Shown one piece after another: positions 13,754-26,627 of a stretch of DNA of 64,000 bases. Source of the stretch: Dimorphilus gyrociliatus. Taxonomy: Eukaryota; Animalia; Annelida. The notes below the pieces were generated by a model. That model searched no databases and had not been told where the DNA came from. It was given only the letters and a program-made list of their open reading frames with translations. Location: positions 434,001 through 498,000 of the forward strand of contig CAJFCJ010000021.1 of the NCBI GenBank assembly GCA_904063045.1. Reading direction: 5' to 3'. The position numbers and the translations under genes were made by a program. The number at the start of each line of letters is the position of its first letter. Within the stretch, counting starts at the first letter, position 1.

Positions 13754-16700
13754 ATGGAAGGAGAGGAAGAAATCGCTGATAAACAATGGAACCTCTTTCC
13801 TCACTGCCTCGTTATAGGTATGAAAGAGAAAAGAAGATCACGTTCCAAATCGGAATATATAGGAGATTTCAACGACGATATTAAACCTAACAACGGGATA
13901 GAGTTATTTGATGCTTTCATAGAGAGAAATAACGATTGTTACTGGAATCCGCATTTGGATGAAAGCTTAAAAAATATTAAATACATTGGCTGTCTGCGTT
14001 CACATACGTTGTTGATTAATGGAAGAGACATTTACTTGGAGACTATCAAGTCTGCTTGGTCTAGAAGAGTCTTAAGGGCACCGAAGGGATTTTCTTTATG
14101 CCGTATTGGTAAGTAGGTCGACAGGTGTTCCAGGTGTTTTTCGACATTGACAGTTTCTCCGCAGGTTAAAAAGTGTTTTGCACGTAGAAATATTGAGATT
14201 TTTTCACAGTCGTTCATAATAGAGTACCGTATCGGTATTCGTTCTCTATCGATATGCATTTGTTTATGTAAGGCGGCTTTATCAAGATCTTCGTTTTTGC
14301 TTTGATCTTATTGAATAGTAAGCTAAGCGTACCGCCAAAAATTTTACTCTATATCGCTTGGATTTGTTATCTTATCAGTTCAAGCTGCGTTGATAAATTT
14401 GCCGACCTTTTTAGACCCTCTGACGTAATAAACCTTTGATATTAAAAGCGTTCCCGAACGTTACTTACGAATTAAAGTTTATTGCCTAAGGCGCACGCGT
14501 TTTACATTTGAATAGCGCATGTTTCACGTACATTTAATATGGATTGTTCTCTACGGCGAAGTTCTCAAAGAGACGAAAAGTAGAAAATATGTAATGACAA
14601 AGTGTGAAAACGAGAGAATGCAAATGTTTTCTAGTCTCTTGTAGCTTTAGAATTTTATTATTAGTAAATTTATACTAAAAGTACTAGTACACATAATTTG
14701 TTTATACATTTGATTATCGCTCAAGTTTCAATTTTCATTAGTGTTTATTCATTATTTTCACACAGCTGAACTCCAACCGACTCCTGTCTCAATAGTCCCT
14801 CAAAGCCAATTCACACCCTTACCTGAAGCGTTATGTATAATAGTTTCGGATTTACGTCGACTAAACAAAAGGGCAGATCTGGAATCGATCTGTTTGAAAT
14901 TGAAGGATACTTATAAATCTATTCAGGCACCGCCTGAACAAGTTGTTTATGAGACGCTTGATAGCCTACTAAAAGAGAACAAACTCATCTATATAGGTAA
15001 AGAATTACTTTATTGAAAAAATAGATTTGTAACCTTTGAACTTTTTCCCCCCGCGTTTTACTTAAAATCCACCCCTTCTTTTAAAAACTACCGGCCTTGA
15101 GGCCCTTATTGACATTTGTAACGCATACTATTTACAAAAGAAGATTTTTTTTAAATAATAAATGCATAAGAATTTCCATTTATCTCTTAGGTAACGGCTA
15201 TGAATTGGTAACGCCGGAAACGCTCGCCAAATTAAAACAGCAACAAACCTTACACAATCGTTTATCCGTCCGCGACCATAATCTTGTAATAGACGGCGAT
15301 AGTGAGACACCGACTCTATATATTCCAATTATGCAGGTAATTTAATGTGCTATTCGTTTACGGAATTGATCAAATATCGATCTGACCCGTTACCTTTCGA
15401 CATAAAGCCGATATAATGAATGTATTATATTTTTTCCTCTTTCTTAGCCGAATCAACCAGACATTCGATCGATATCTTGCCAAACTTCCCCGGTCGATGA
15501 GGAAAATTTAAATAATATGAATAACCCGGAAGATATTGATCTTTCACCCAAGAAAATAGAAAGATCTCATTCCCTTAGATATAGGCGTGATCATCCAAAA
15601 ACGTTGCGAAGAACTAGTTCCCTCCTTCATCCAGATAATAAACGATCGAAAAATCCACTACAACATTCAGCCACTATGCCGTTGGTTGGAGAAACAGAAA
15701 AAACTTTCGAGCATAAGAGTAAGTTGTTTTATTTATATAAAGTAGAATAACACACCTACTTATTAATGTACTTGGGTTAGAAGATTGTGTTAGAAAACAA
15801 AAATTTTAGGTTAAATCGATTAAAAAGCTGAGAATGTTAAGTACGTGCCCGTTAGGTTGTTCTAAGCTATTAGTCAAAGTCACGTCAAATTACCGCCCTA
15901 AAATTACAGGTGTAAAAGCAATTGCCCTTCTCTAATCAGTTTATTTCCTTTGTATGAATAATTCTAATTTTCAAAGGATAGTCTAGGTAGTAAATTAACT
16001 GGTAGCTTTATTTTGATGTTTCAATACCCTCGACTATTATCTACCGATCATTTTGACACTTTTGACAGGTTACGTCTTATTTGAAATAGGTCTTAGTAAA
16101 GAAAGTATAAAAAATATTTACTAAAAGACTCCAAATAAAACGAAATCTTTTCCACCACACCCATACATTTACATTATAAACTATTGTATCCCAAGTTTGC
16201 TCCAATTAAATCGGGCGCCGTTCGGCAGTTTGTTTTGTGTGACGCTTTTTTTGTTAATTGGATTTAGCGTTTTGTTTGTAAAGATTTTCAATGAATAGAA
16301 ACCGTTAACCTAAAAAAGAAAAACGCACATTTGAATTTCCCAAATCCAATTAGATAGTTATCGAAGACTGTTATATAATATTGACTAGTTTGAGTGGCGA
16401 TTTCTCATTTCTTTTGTCTGCTCTCGAGTACGACCGTCGGTGACGCCCTACCCGGTGGGCGTGTTGTCCAAAATTTTTTCGCTATTATTCACATCCCCTA
16501 TCACATACATCGATAATTTCAAAAGATTCACGCACGAATGGAATAATTTTGTGTACCCGAAAACGTACAGATGGATGTATAGAATGAAAAATGGGATGAT
16601 TAACGACTCATAATTAGTGAGTGAATAAGAGAGAGAACGTGTGCACGCGTGATCAGCCTTTATTGAAGTCTTCTAGTGTTATTAACAAAATTTTCTGCCT

Positions 16701-19051
16701 TTCCTAATCATATAGCGTCGTTTTCCTTTCTATTGCTATTCCGCCGCAACTATTTAACGCGGGGTGTTAATTCTCAAATGGACTTTGAGAGCCACGTCAC
16801 GCTAACTTTCCAATTAAGAAAAAAAAATATATAGTTAAAGAAACTAAAACACTCAATGAATTTATTCGCATATGCTCAGGTATTTTTAGAAAGGTGAATT
16901 GGAATTTAGAGCAAGCGTAAAATTGCCTGATAGCGGCAAAGAAAGTAAAAAGAACATCTATTTTTCTTCCTGTCTATCACGGTTCGTCAAGATTTTTTAG
17001 ATACAGTATACAAAGTACCTGTAGAAATCTCTCTTTTCTGTAATCAAGAATATATCCTGTAACATTCAATCTATGTAATCTCTTTTTTCAATAATACTGA
17101 TTCAATCACAAGCTTAAGGTTTTAGTGTTTTGTAATCCAAGTAAATGTGAAAGTTAACAAATCCTATTAACTACGGGATTCTATTCGAAGAGAAATATTA
17201 GTATGCTATAGTATTGTAACTTTTTATATGATAGAATATTCAATTCATGAACATGTCTGCGCTTTCTTTATCTGATTACACATTCTGCTCATTGTTTAAT
17301 AATAAATAGAGTGAAGCCATTCCGTATGAGCGATTGACACTAATGGTATTTATCTGTTTAGAAAGGGCCGAAAAAAATGACCGCAATATAAAAGAATACG
17401 TATTTGATCACGATTGAAAGTTTTACGTTGATCGCTGTTAAATTACTATAGTCGCGTGACCAAGAATAAAAAAGCATCTACTTGCGTCAGCAGCTTTCAA
17501 TCATTCAAGATGTAACTTTCTATCGCCCATCTGCCGGGCACCATGGGTCCTTGTAAAATTTGGCAGCTAATCAAATTAGCAGTTACCCTCCCCGGCCCAA
17601 TCGGTCGCTAATTTCACCTCATTGAGTAACAAAAGCTGTTTTCATCCCCGTCGGCATTTTTTTTTATTTATTTGATGTTCATCGATTAGAAATCTAGAGA
17701 TTAAAACACCCAGGTGTGTGACGCGTGTGTGAGTTACCATGTGGGTCGACATCTAAATTCAGCTATGTGTTTTTGATCCGATAATACCAACTTAACGGTA
17801 AAAGAATACTTCTCTACCCTTGTGTCGTAACAATGCCCTTTGGGATTCAATTAATCCTGAAGATTGGTGCGTTGTCTCTAATTATCAGGCATTTGCGACA
17901 GACAGCACCAGTCCTATTCAGTTAATTATTTTTGATAAGGCGTTAAGAATGCTCTTTAATCGATTTTGACAACTGTTCATACGACCATTAAACTGCTTTC
18001 AATATCATTTATAAAAAGATCGACGTAGTCATTTTATCATCAATAGCCTGTGACCGGCTTTTTAGCGTGTTTTTTTTCAAACCTTGTTTTATTACACCTA
18101 AAAATCTAGCAATAAATCACATTGAAACGTTAAGAACAGACGATTAAATAAATTATCACTTATATAGGATCTAATGCGTCGTGAAAGAAAACCAGAACTT
18201 TTTAGATGTGATGCCATCCATCGATAAATTATGTCCCCAAGCGATTTTAATACTTGTTTATTTTCACAGGGAAACGATCTCTTATCAAGAAACTGTTCAG
18301 CTGGCGGCGAAAGGTTGTTGAGAGAAAGCAGGACGATTATGTTTTCGAAGAGACGTCTGACAAAGATGTTGAATATGCCACGTTTTCAGCTCAATTTCCC
18401 CCTCCTGAATGGGAACTTGAACATTTGCAACGCTTCATTCGACAAAACGGAAATAGCTGCCCTATTCACCTTAGAAAGTCAAAAACTCTCCCAATGCCGG
18501 TTAGAGAGGAGAATGTCTACGAAGATGTTATAGTAGAAGAAAATCAAAATCAAGGAGTATTTGCTACGGATATTTCAATTAAGTATAATGGAAAATTCTT
18601 GAAAAAAAATAACCCCCTTTCACGATCGAAAGAAAATGGGGTCAACTGTGTGGAATTCGATAAGGATGCAGAACGGAGAGCTTCTATACGTCGGCAGAAG
18701 AGAAAAGAAGAGAAACTAAGAAGAGAGGAAAGCGTGGATCCTGACCCTCTCTATTACCAATGCTCCAATTCGAGTGGTTATCATAGTCAACAAACGAGCT
18801 TTAGCGTTCAATCGCCCGACGCAAAAAAAGAAAAAGTCAAAGAAGCAGAAGAAACGGTGATGAAAAGAGAAGAGAACGGCAATAGAATGACCAGTTCGAG
18901 CTCTTGGTCTAGTTATTCTAGTATTAGTAAACAGACTGTGAAAGAAAATCCCGATTACCTAGAAAAACAACACCGCCTAGCTAACGAGCGATTGAAGAGA
19001 GACGCTAGAAATAGGTTTTCTAACGATTTTCAAGTTGTTGGTGTTGTTTAG
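13754..19051 (+). CDS. STOX1: Storkhead-box winged-helix transcription factor (STOX1/STOX2/knockout family)
   Basis: Exons 13754-14108, 14766-14996, 15191-15336, 15448-15718, 18270-19051 join in frame. Motifs CYWN...AWSRRVLRAP, PQSQFTPLPEALC, LLKENKLIYIGNGYELVTP, FSAQFPPPEW. Orthology to STOX1 versus STOX2 is not resolvable. Confidence 0.9.
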
Positions 19052-20232
19052 CATCAGTATATTTAACAAGTCTAGTGGAGGGGAGTTTCTTATAAATGTG
19101 TTTCTTCCCCATCGATTAAATTAATTTCCTCATATCACTTATTAGAAATGTTCTTTTCTGTACAAAAAGTCGATAGAACATTATTGTATTGACTGAATAT
19201 AGAAATTGTAAATTTTCTTTTTTTGGACTAGATTCGTATGAATTTAAATTTAACTGGCTATTATACAGTTTTATAACCGTTCTTTAGAAACGTTAAATAA
19301 AGGACTGTAAAGCAGCCATAAAAAACCTACTCTTGAAAAAACTTGTCATAATAACGCTAATAATACAAGTCTTAAAGCTGGGTCTTTAATAACTTGGTAT
19401 CTAATTAATTGCCCTTGACGGAGTAAAGCCACCGTGAATAGAGTAAATTATAGTAATAAAAATAACAGTGCTTAACAATATCCCCTAATCCATCCTCTCC
19501 TTAGTCCTATTTGAGTGCTCTTAAAAAGTACTTAAAAAAATATATATAGGCTAAACTTTTCGTAAAAAGAGTTTTCTTAAACTATTTTAAGAGGATTTTC
19601 AGGAATTTTACTGATTTTATCGATGAAAAACCTGCTTCCTTCTCTTCTCCAATAATCTTATTTAACAAAGCTAACTTTTAACGTAAACAAAAGTAATTAA
19701 ACATAAAAAATCTATAGGCTGACACTAGTAAGAAGTAATTAGGATCTGTATACCTAAGGTTTCACATACTACTTCAATATTTTCAATAGTTAATTTATCG
19801 TAGAGAGAGTGGTTTTGATTAGCTCCCGCCTATCCCAATTATCGTTACTATAAACCTACAATAAATCATCGTACGTTTTCTTAGTGGATATAGAAGAGAA
19901 AGGCTACGAACTTTTATTTAATTTCTAATCAAAACTGTAGTAGACATAGTTATTAGCCAATTATTACTGTCTATTTTTCTCTTTTCCATCAAGTTGCCCG
20001 TACTCTCCCATCTGTTGTTCACGGGTAACAGTTTGTTATAAATAAAGAGCTCTCATTAAGAATACTCTATTGTTTTAAAATATTTATATATTTTGATTTT
20101 GAATTTAATAGCTGAGATAAAACATCATTCAACTTTGCCTTTAACTCTGTTAAAGAGGATGTATTCAAACACGATAAGAAGCGTAACATTTTTATTTTCC
20201 TTTCAATCATCTTTTCTTTTTTCTCTTTTCTT

Positions 20233-20234
<2 letters not shown>

Positions 20235-20267
<33 letters not shown>
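20235..20267. repeat. (TC)n microsatellite
   Basis: Direct reading. Confidence 0.9.
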
Positions 20268-20271
<4 letters not shown>

Positions 20272-20878
20272 CACTGTTCCTGTCTCATTTTTCTATCAGT
20301 AATCTGAGCACGCTGTAAACATTGTTGAATGTTATCTTGTTAATAAAATCTATCACGAAAATGTGATTTTACAACTCTTAGACAAAATAAGTTTCTCGTG
20401 GGAAAATTTTTCAACTATCATCAAAATATAGTATTTATCAACAATACATTTATATATAGTACAAACTATTCAATAGCTTCAATCTACGAATTCAATAGTA
20501 CATTTTATACATATAAATAATATTTAGGAAAGAATAATCATTCTATTTTTAAAAATTAGCGAAACGTTCAATATTTTATTCTAAACCAGTTTTCACTATA
20601 CAAATAAAAGTAAAATAATTGTTTTCTTCGATGCAAATAACTAATAAAATATTCAGAATAATAATCAATTTTATTGTTATTAATCAATAATTATGTTATA
20701 TTGAATGATTTATAAAAATATTCTCTTTTAAAACATTTAAGCACCATTGTGAATCTCTTATATATATGATAATAATAATAATATAAATATACATATACTG
20801 TATATACATATATAAAGAATAAGTTCATATACAAGATAGAATAGGTGTAATACAAATATATCTGTTTGAATATTGAGT

Positions 20879-23306
20879 TCAATCTTCCACAGGTATTCGA
20901 AATGCGTGTTCGTTGTCAATTTGTTCAACTGTTTTTGAAACTATTGTACCGAGTATCCTTTTTGGGGCAGTCTTCTTACCAGATTGAATTATTGGTTTCT
21001 TTCTAACCGAAGCATCCCTTTCTTCGCAAGCGTTAAGAATTTCACTTATTTTACTTTCTCTAGATTTTCCCTGATTATTTTCGTCTTCATTTGAACCGTT
21101 ATGTTGATGTATATTAGATTCTGATTGCTTCTCTTTAGCCAGTTGTTTCGGTATCAGATAACTAGAGTGTTTACCGATAATTTCACTAACGTATTCAGCT
21201 GATTTAAGCTCTTTATTATTGTCAGACATATTGTCAGACATATTGTCAAATGTTAAATTGCTTTGTACATTTGGAATTTCTCCCCTATTTATTCGAATTT
21301 TCAATTTTGCGGCTATTTCATAAAATGATGGTCTCTCATTAGATTGTTGATTCCAGCATCTTTTCATTAATAGGAATCTATGGAAAAATAAAAGAAAATA
21401 TACAATGAATATATATAAATATTCTATTAATAGAATACGGTTAGTTAAAACTATTAGTTTTCGCATAATTAAAACTTTTTCCAACCCTAAATTCATTCAT
21501 GCGATTTTAAACGATTTTATTACCAATTTGAATTTTAAGCTAATAAAACCTTTGAAAAGAGTAATTAAGGTGTAATTATAGTAAAAAAAAAAGACTTAAT
21601 AACTAACACGTCGTCTGGGCAGTATTTAGGTTTCTCCAAAGTTTGACCCTCTCTTATTAGTGCAGCTGCTTGAACATTTCCCATACTATAATAGGGAGTC
21701 TTGCCCCTTGAAAAGAGTTCCCATAATAATACTCCGAAAGTATACTGTTTGCCAATGCATGTAAAATATGTTAAACAATGAATTGAATTGTATTGAACAG
21801 ATACTTACAATGTCACTTTTTGTACTAAATTTTGATTGAATAAGCGATTCGGGAGCCAACCATCTGATTGGTAAAGGTAGCGATCTATTCTCTAATACGT
21901 AGTACTCTTCCCCATAAACATCCCTGCTGAGTCCGAAATCCGCTACTTTAACTATTTTATGCTTATCTACCCTGCACGTGTATTGTGGTTTTAATTATAA
22001 ACAGACTCTTAAAAATCTTAGTTTTTCATTTATCTTTACTCACATGCAATTGCGTGTTGCTAAATCTCTATGAACGAATTTATTTGCTGCTAAATAGGCC
22101 ATTCCTTCAGCAATATTTAGAGCAAACTGTAAGAGATCTTTTAAAGTTATGACCTGGGTAAAATAACAATGAAGATTTGTACTTTTATATATTGTACTGT
22201 AGATATTTAAAAGAAGTCATGAATGGCAGGAAACGTTTAAACTTACAACTGATTTATCCGAAATATAGCATTTGAGATCACCAAATTTCATATAAGGCAT
22301 AATAGCTAAAGGCATATTGGATCTTAGAACTATTCCGAAAGTTGATAATACATTTGGATGATTAAATTTCTTCATTCTTAAAATTTCTTTTAAAAATGCT
22401 CTTACATCCTGTTCTTTTGAATTTCCTTGCATAGTTTTTATAGCTATAACTAGAGATTTTCTATTTTTAACATATCTACCAAGATAAACTATACCAAATT
22501 GTCCTTTTCCTAACATTTCACCAACGAATAAGTTCTTTTCTTTCAGCACTACACTTTTAAAATTATCATTACTCTCGGTGATTAGTTCCTCAAGGATTTT
22601 TTTAGTATCAAACGACAGATTCTGGTATCCGTCAAACGTCTCTGGTGAATTTAACTCTGTTATAGGAATAGTCCTCTCTAAATCCATTAGTACACCTGTT
22701 TTGTTAATATAATTTATACTCTATTGCAGTTTATACCTTGGGAAAGATGAATAAGGATTTATTTCAAGATTACCTGAACTATTCCTCGAACACTTTCGTT
22801 TATATATAATTATTGAAATAATTAAAGCAACGAGAAGGATCATAAACACAATTCCACTTAGGACGAGTTTGTCATTGTAGTGGCAGAGATTGAAAACAAT
22901 TCCGTATCCTTCGCCATTACAAGGTTTACTATTTTTTGCGGTGTTTAATTCATTAACTATAGTTGTTAACGAGATTCTTGAGGTCATATCTTCATTGATA
23001 ATTCCCAATTAGCTATATTTTCTCCTGAAGTAATGTCTATGATCAATATAAAATAAATAACGCGACAGATATTATTATATAACAATTTTTATATAAATAC
23101 TATCGAAGTATGGAATATTAAAAGAGGGATATTCTTCATATAGTATTGAAAAGGAAGGGTTAAAAATCATTCGGTCATATACCTTTTTCCTGACAATCTC
23201 CTTTCGGAATATACTCAATCCATTTCCCTCTTACAGGTGAATACATCTGATATATTACTAAGAATGAATCACGATATAGTTTGTTTGTCTCGCCCTTCAT
23301 TAGCAT
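20879..23306 (-). CDS. Receptor tyrosine kinase, MET/RON/AXL-like kinase domain, very short ectodomain; 5' end uncertain
   Basis: Exons about 23306-23183, 22956 (or ATG 22987)-22774, 22695-22247, 22153-22044, 21971-21809, 21744-21608, 21377-20879. [24 protein letters not shown] followed by KRK; kinase motifs [42 protein letters not shown]. Confidence 0.88.
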
Positions 23307-23391
23307 ATCACTTGTACCTTAATATTTAAACTTTAATTTTGAGTTCATGTAGGGCTATATAATTTAAATATATGCATTTCTTCAACTACAG

Positions 23392-24672
23392 ATGGCGCAA
23401 GAGGAGCTTCCTTGCGCTATATTTTTTAGTTGCGACGAAAGCCCACCAAATACGATTATTAAACGTTTGAAACTTTATTAATATTATAATATAAAATATG
23501 TTAATCAATTTTCAAAAGAAATATATTTTCAATATATAGAAATAGATAATATTTCACAATTTTTTCACTTAATTCACCTATTATCACTCAGAAATTGTCT
23601 CAACTCCACAAGTGGATCCTGTTCAAGATGACATCGAGACTTACGAATGGGATATTGATACAAAATATTATACTTCGAAAATAAATCTATGCGCTTCGAA
23701 AACATCTATCCTGTCATCATCAGTATTGGAGCGAACGAATGCAATAGCTATAACGTTCAATACAAGCGAAGTATAAATAACCAAATTGTTAACCTATGTT
23801 AACTATTAGTTACTAATTATATAACATTCTATTAATTATTATAGGAAGATTGTTTGACAAAAGTAAGCAAACTATGGTCCCAAATAAAGGAATCCAGTCC
23901 GCAAGTTTTATTATTAATTTGCGAGAATTGTAAAGAGAGCGACCGTTTGTATAGATTGTTAAAATACTATAAATAGCTAGTTAAAACTAATATAAATCAA
24001 AAGAAAGAGTACGCATCACAAATTGTAATAAATCTCTAAAAATTTATGCAACAGCTATATCCCGAACTGAAATTATACACTGGACTTTGGATAATGGATT
24101 CGAATTTGTTGAATTAAATGAAGAATGCGAATCGGAAGGTAACGAATTATACAAATTTTATATTATTCAAACTATTACTTTATTATCACTCTTTTATCGT
24201 TCTTTTAGATGAATACGATGTTATTGGTATCAATAGAATTATTCAAGCTTTACACGCTCACACATGGCCAAATCTACAATTGAAAAGTGAGAATAATAGA
24301 AAATTGAAATCTCAGATAGAAAGTGAGAAGGAAAAACAAAAAGAGGAAAAGGAAGAAGAAGAAGGAGACTGCTCCTCAAAGTCATCTTCTAACGAACCAG
24401 AGTATAACGAATTGGAAGATAATTCTTATGAAGAACTGTTTTCGCAATTTGCCGATATGAAAGGTTTACCTTATTTTTATATAAATGTTTAATAGACAAC
24501 GTATAAACAACAATTGTATTCTTTTTCAGTAAAGGCGGAAGGTCTACCACCGGAAGAACGAAAGAAGTTTGCCGAAGAGGTTGTAATAAAATTCTGGAAA
24601 TCAATGGGTGGAGACGAATCAGAAATAGCTGGTTTATCAGATGACGATGACGACGATAAAGTACCGAAGTAA
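23392..24672 (+). CDS. AAGAB: Alpha- and gamma-adaptin-binding protein p34
   Basis: Multi-exon. Motifs LPCAIFFSC, YEWDIDTKYYTSKINLC, WTLDNGFEFVEL, GINRIIQALHAHTWPNLQLK, YEELFSQFADMK, LPPEERKKFAEEVVIKFWKSMGGDE. Confidence 0.92.
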
Positions 24673-25249
24673 ATGATGAAAGTTTGGAGAAAATTGATTA
24701 ATTCCATAACTTATATTAATCATATAGATATTTTATTTTTAAAGAGGATATAAACTGTTTTTGTTAACATTAATAATTATAATAAAACAATCATGTTACT
24801 ATCGATATCTCTATTTATATAGAAAAAATGTTTTTAGAGTAGTTTTTGACATTTTTATACAGTAGAAACAAAATTGGTAGGATATTAAAGAAGTTGTATT
24901 AAGCTAATGAATTTCTTATCTGTAGGTTTCAAAGGCTACTGCTAATAAGAAAAGTAAGTTAGAGGTAATATATAGAAATTTTCAAATATTAAAAGTTAAT
25001 TACTATTATTACAGTTCTCAGAGTCTAATATCTTTTCCATAAGATAATTCAATAACGTTATTGATGTCATAAAGTATATGGATTTGTATATTTAAGGGAT
25101 AGATACCTGACTAATGTCAACCAGATGATACATTATCTTGATTAGACATTTCGTTTCTTTCCTTTCTTGTTTACGCTCTGACTCAGAGTTTTGGTTCATA
25201 TTCTTCCATTGTTCTTGAGAGAGAGAGTAGCGATGTATACATATTTTCT

Positions 25250-26027
25250 TTAGAGTTTAGTGTTTGTTGTAAATCTGTTGGACAAGTTTATGCGCAATTG
25301 TTGTTTTATGCTCTTTGAGAATAATTTTAAAAATTCTTGTCTAAATCTTTTACCACTGAGACAATAAATATAGAAATTCAAAGCGTGATTACTCTGAGAT
25401 ATAGCTGAGAGAGTTAGAGCTAGAACAAGTAGTTTTCTTGATTCCGATGGTGATGGCTCTTTAATAAAGTAATGTACATATAATTGAAGACTGGCTATTG
25501 GTAAACATGATGCCACAAAATACTGTAGAATGAAACGAAGATTAAGCAAATAACAAGCATGATATGACTTTTATTAGCATTATTATTGATTTTCAATTCA
25601 TTAAGTGATAATTTCTTTCTTATTGATAAGGCTTTTAAAAGACTTTTCAACATCAGTATATTTACTAAGAAAAGCAGTAATGAGGGGAAAATTCCATAAT
25701 CAAAAACTAGGATTACACTGTTGACGTTTCTTTCGTAAAATTCTATTGATTTAGTTTTATATTTACAAAGAAATACATCTTTCCATTTCGTTGTTGAAGA
25801 TCTTATGATAAGTGTTTCCTGGTATATGAATAGTTCATGAATACCGAGAGGAAACTAAGATAAATCGAAGTTGTTGAATAGTTTAAAGGGGCTTTTGAAA
25901 ATATAATGAAACACGAAATATTACCAAATATTCCAAGAAAAAACAGAATTATAGGAAAAACTTTACCAGTTATGATTATTGTTCTAACATCATCATTAAA
26001 ATAGTCATCTAAACTGGAGTTGCTCAT
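25250..26027 (-). pseudogene. Class A GPCR pseudogene, tandem paralog of 26628..27686
   Basis: TM1 and the start of TM2 match the neighbour. About 95 codons (TM2-TM4) are deleted with a frameshift. ECL2/TM5 resumes in another frame (HELFIYQETLIIRSS vs HKLFIYDEALIMRSS). A second frameshift lies at about 25521, before TM6-TM7 (NFYIYCLSGKRFR). Confidence 0.85.
25521..25527. mobile_element. Putative Tc1/mariner excision footprint (TA-CAG-TA on minus strand) inside the GPCR pseudogene
   Basis: Removing the 5-nt CAGTA restores the frame and gives an ungapped alignment to TM6 of the paralog. Confidence 0.65.
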
Positions 26028-26627
26028 AATGATTCTTATAGAAAAGAGTAAAGTTTACTTCGGAGTATATCTAGTCAAATTTTGCTCAGTTCCTTGATGG
26101 AAAATGAGTTAGTTTTATGTTCAACGTTAATATATGTAAACAAGAATTTCTATTTTATATAATTAGACTTTATTATAATTAGCCTAAAACCTCTTACATC
26201 TTTACATCTTCTTAAAATGGATATATAAAGATATAAAGGCGGAAAAGAAACGTTAAAGGCGTTAAAAATTTCTAATTTTTAATATTAAATATATCTTGTC
26301 TATATTATTCTATCTCGTCTTTCTTTTTTATCAATATTACCATTCATAATTAAATATATAAGAATTTCCCTTTATTATCTTTCAATAGGAACAACGTAAA
26401 GGAGGAAAAACTACAGCAAAACAACGAATTGTCTTAATTTTAAATATATTTTCTTTTTCTTTGCTTTCATTTTTACATTATTTACCTCTTTTTTACCTTT
26501 GTATATTTTATATATATTTTGATTGTTTTCTTCTATTTTTACGCTAATATTAAACTATAAAAGATATTAAATAATAAAGTTTAATGCATATTCATAAGAG
26601 TAATTTGCGATATATATGTATGACTAT

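Noticed and set aside
21220-21247. 12-nt tandem duplication (DNMS-DNMS) in the RTK tail
   Set aside because: In-frame slippage in a disordered tail with no evident significance.
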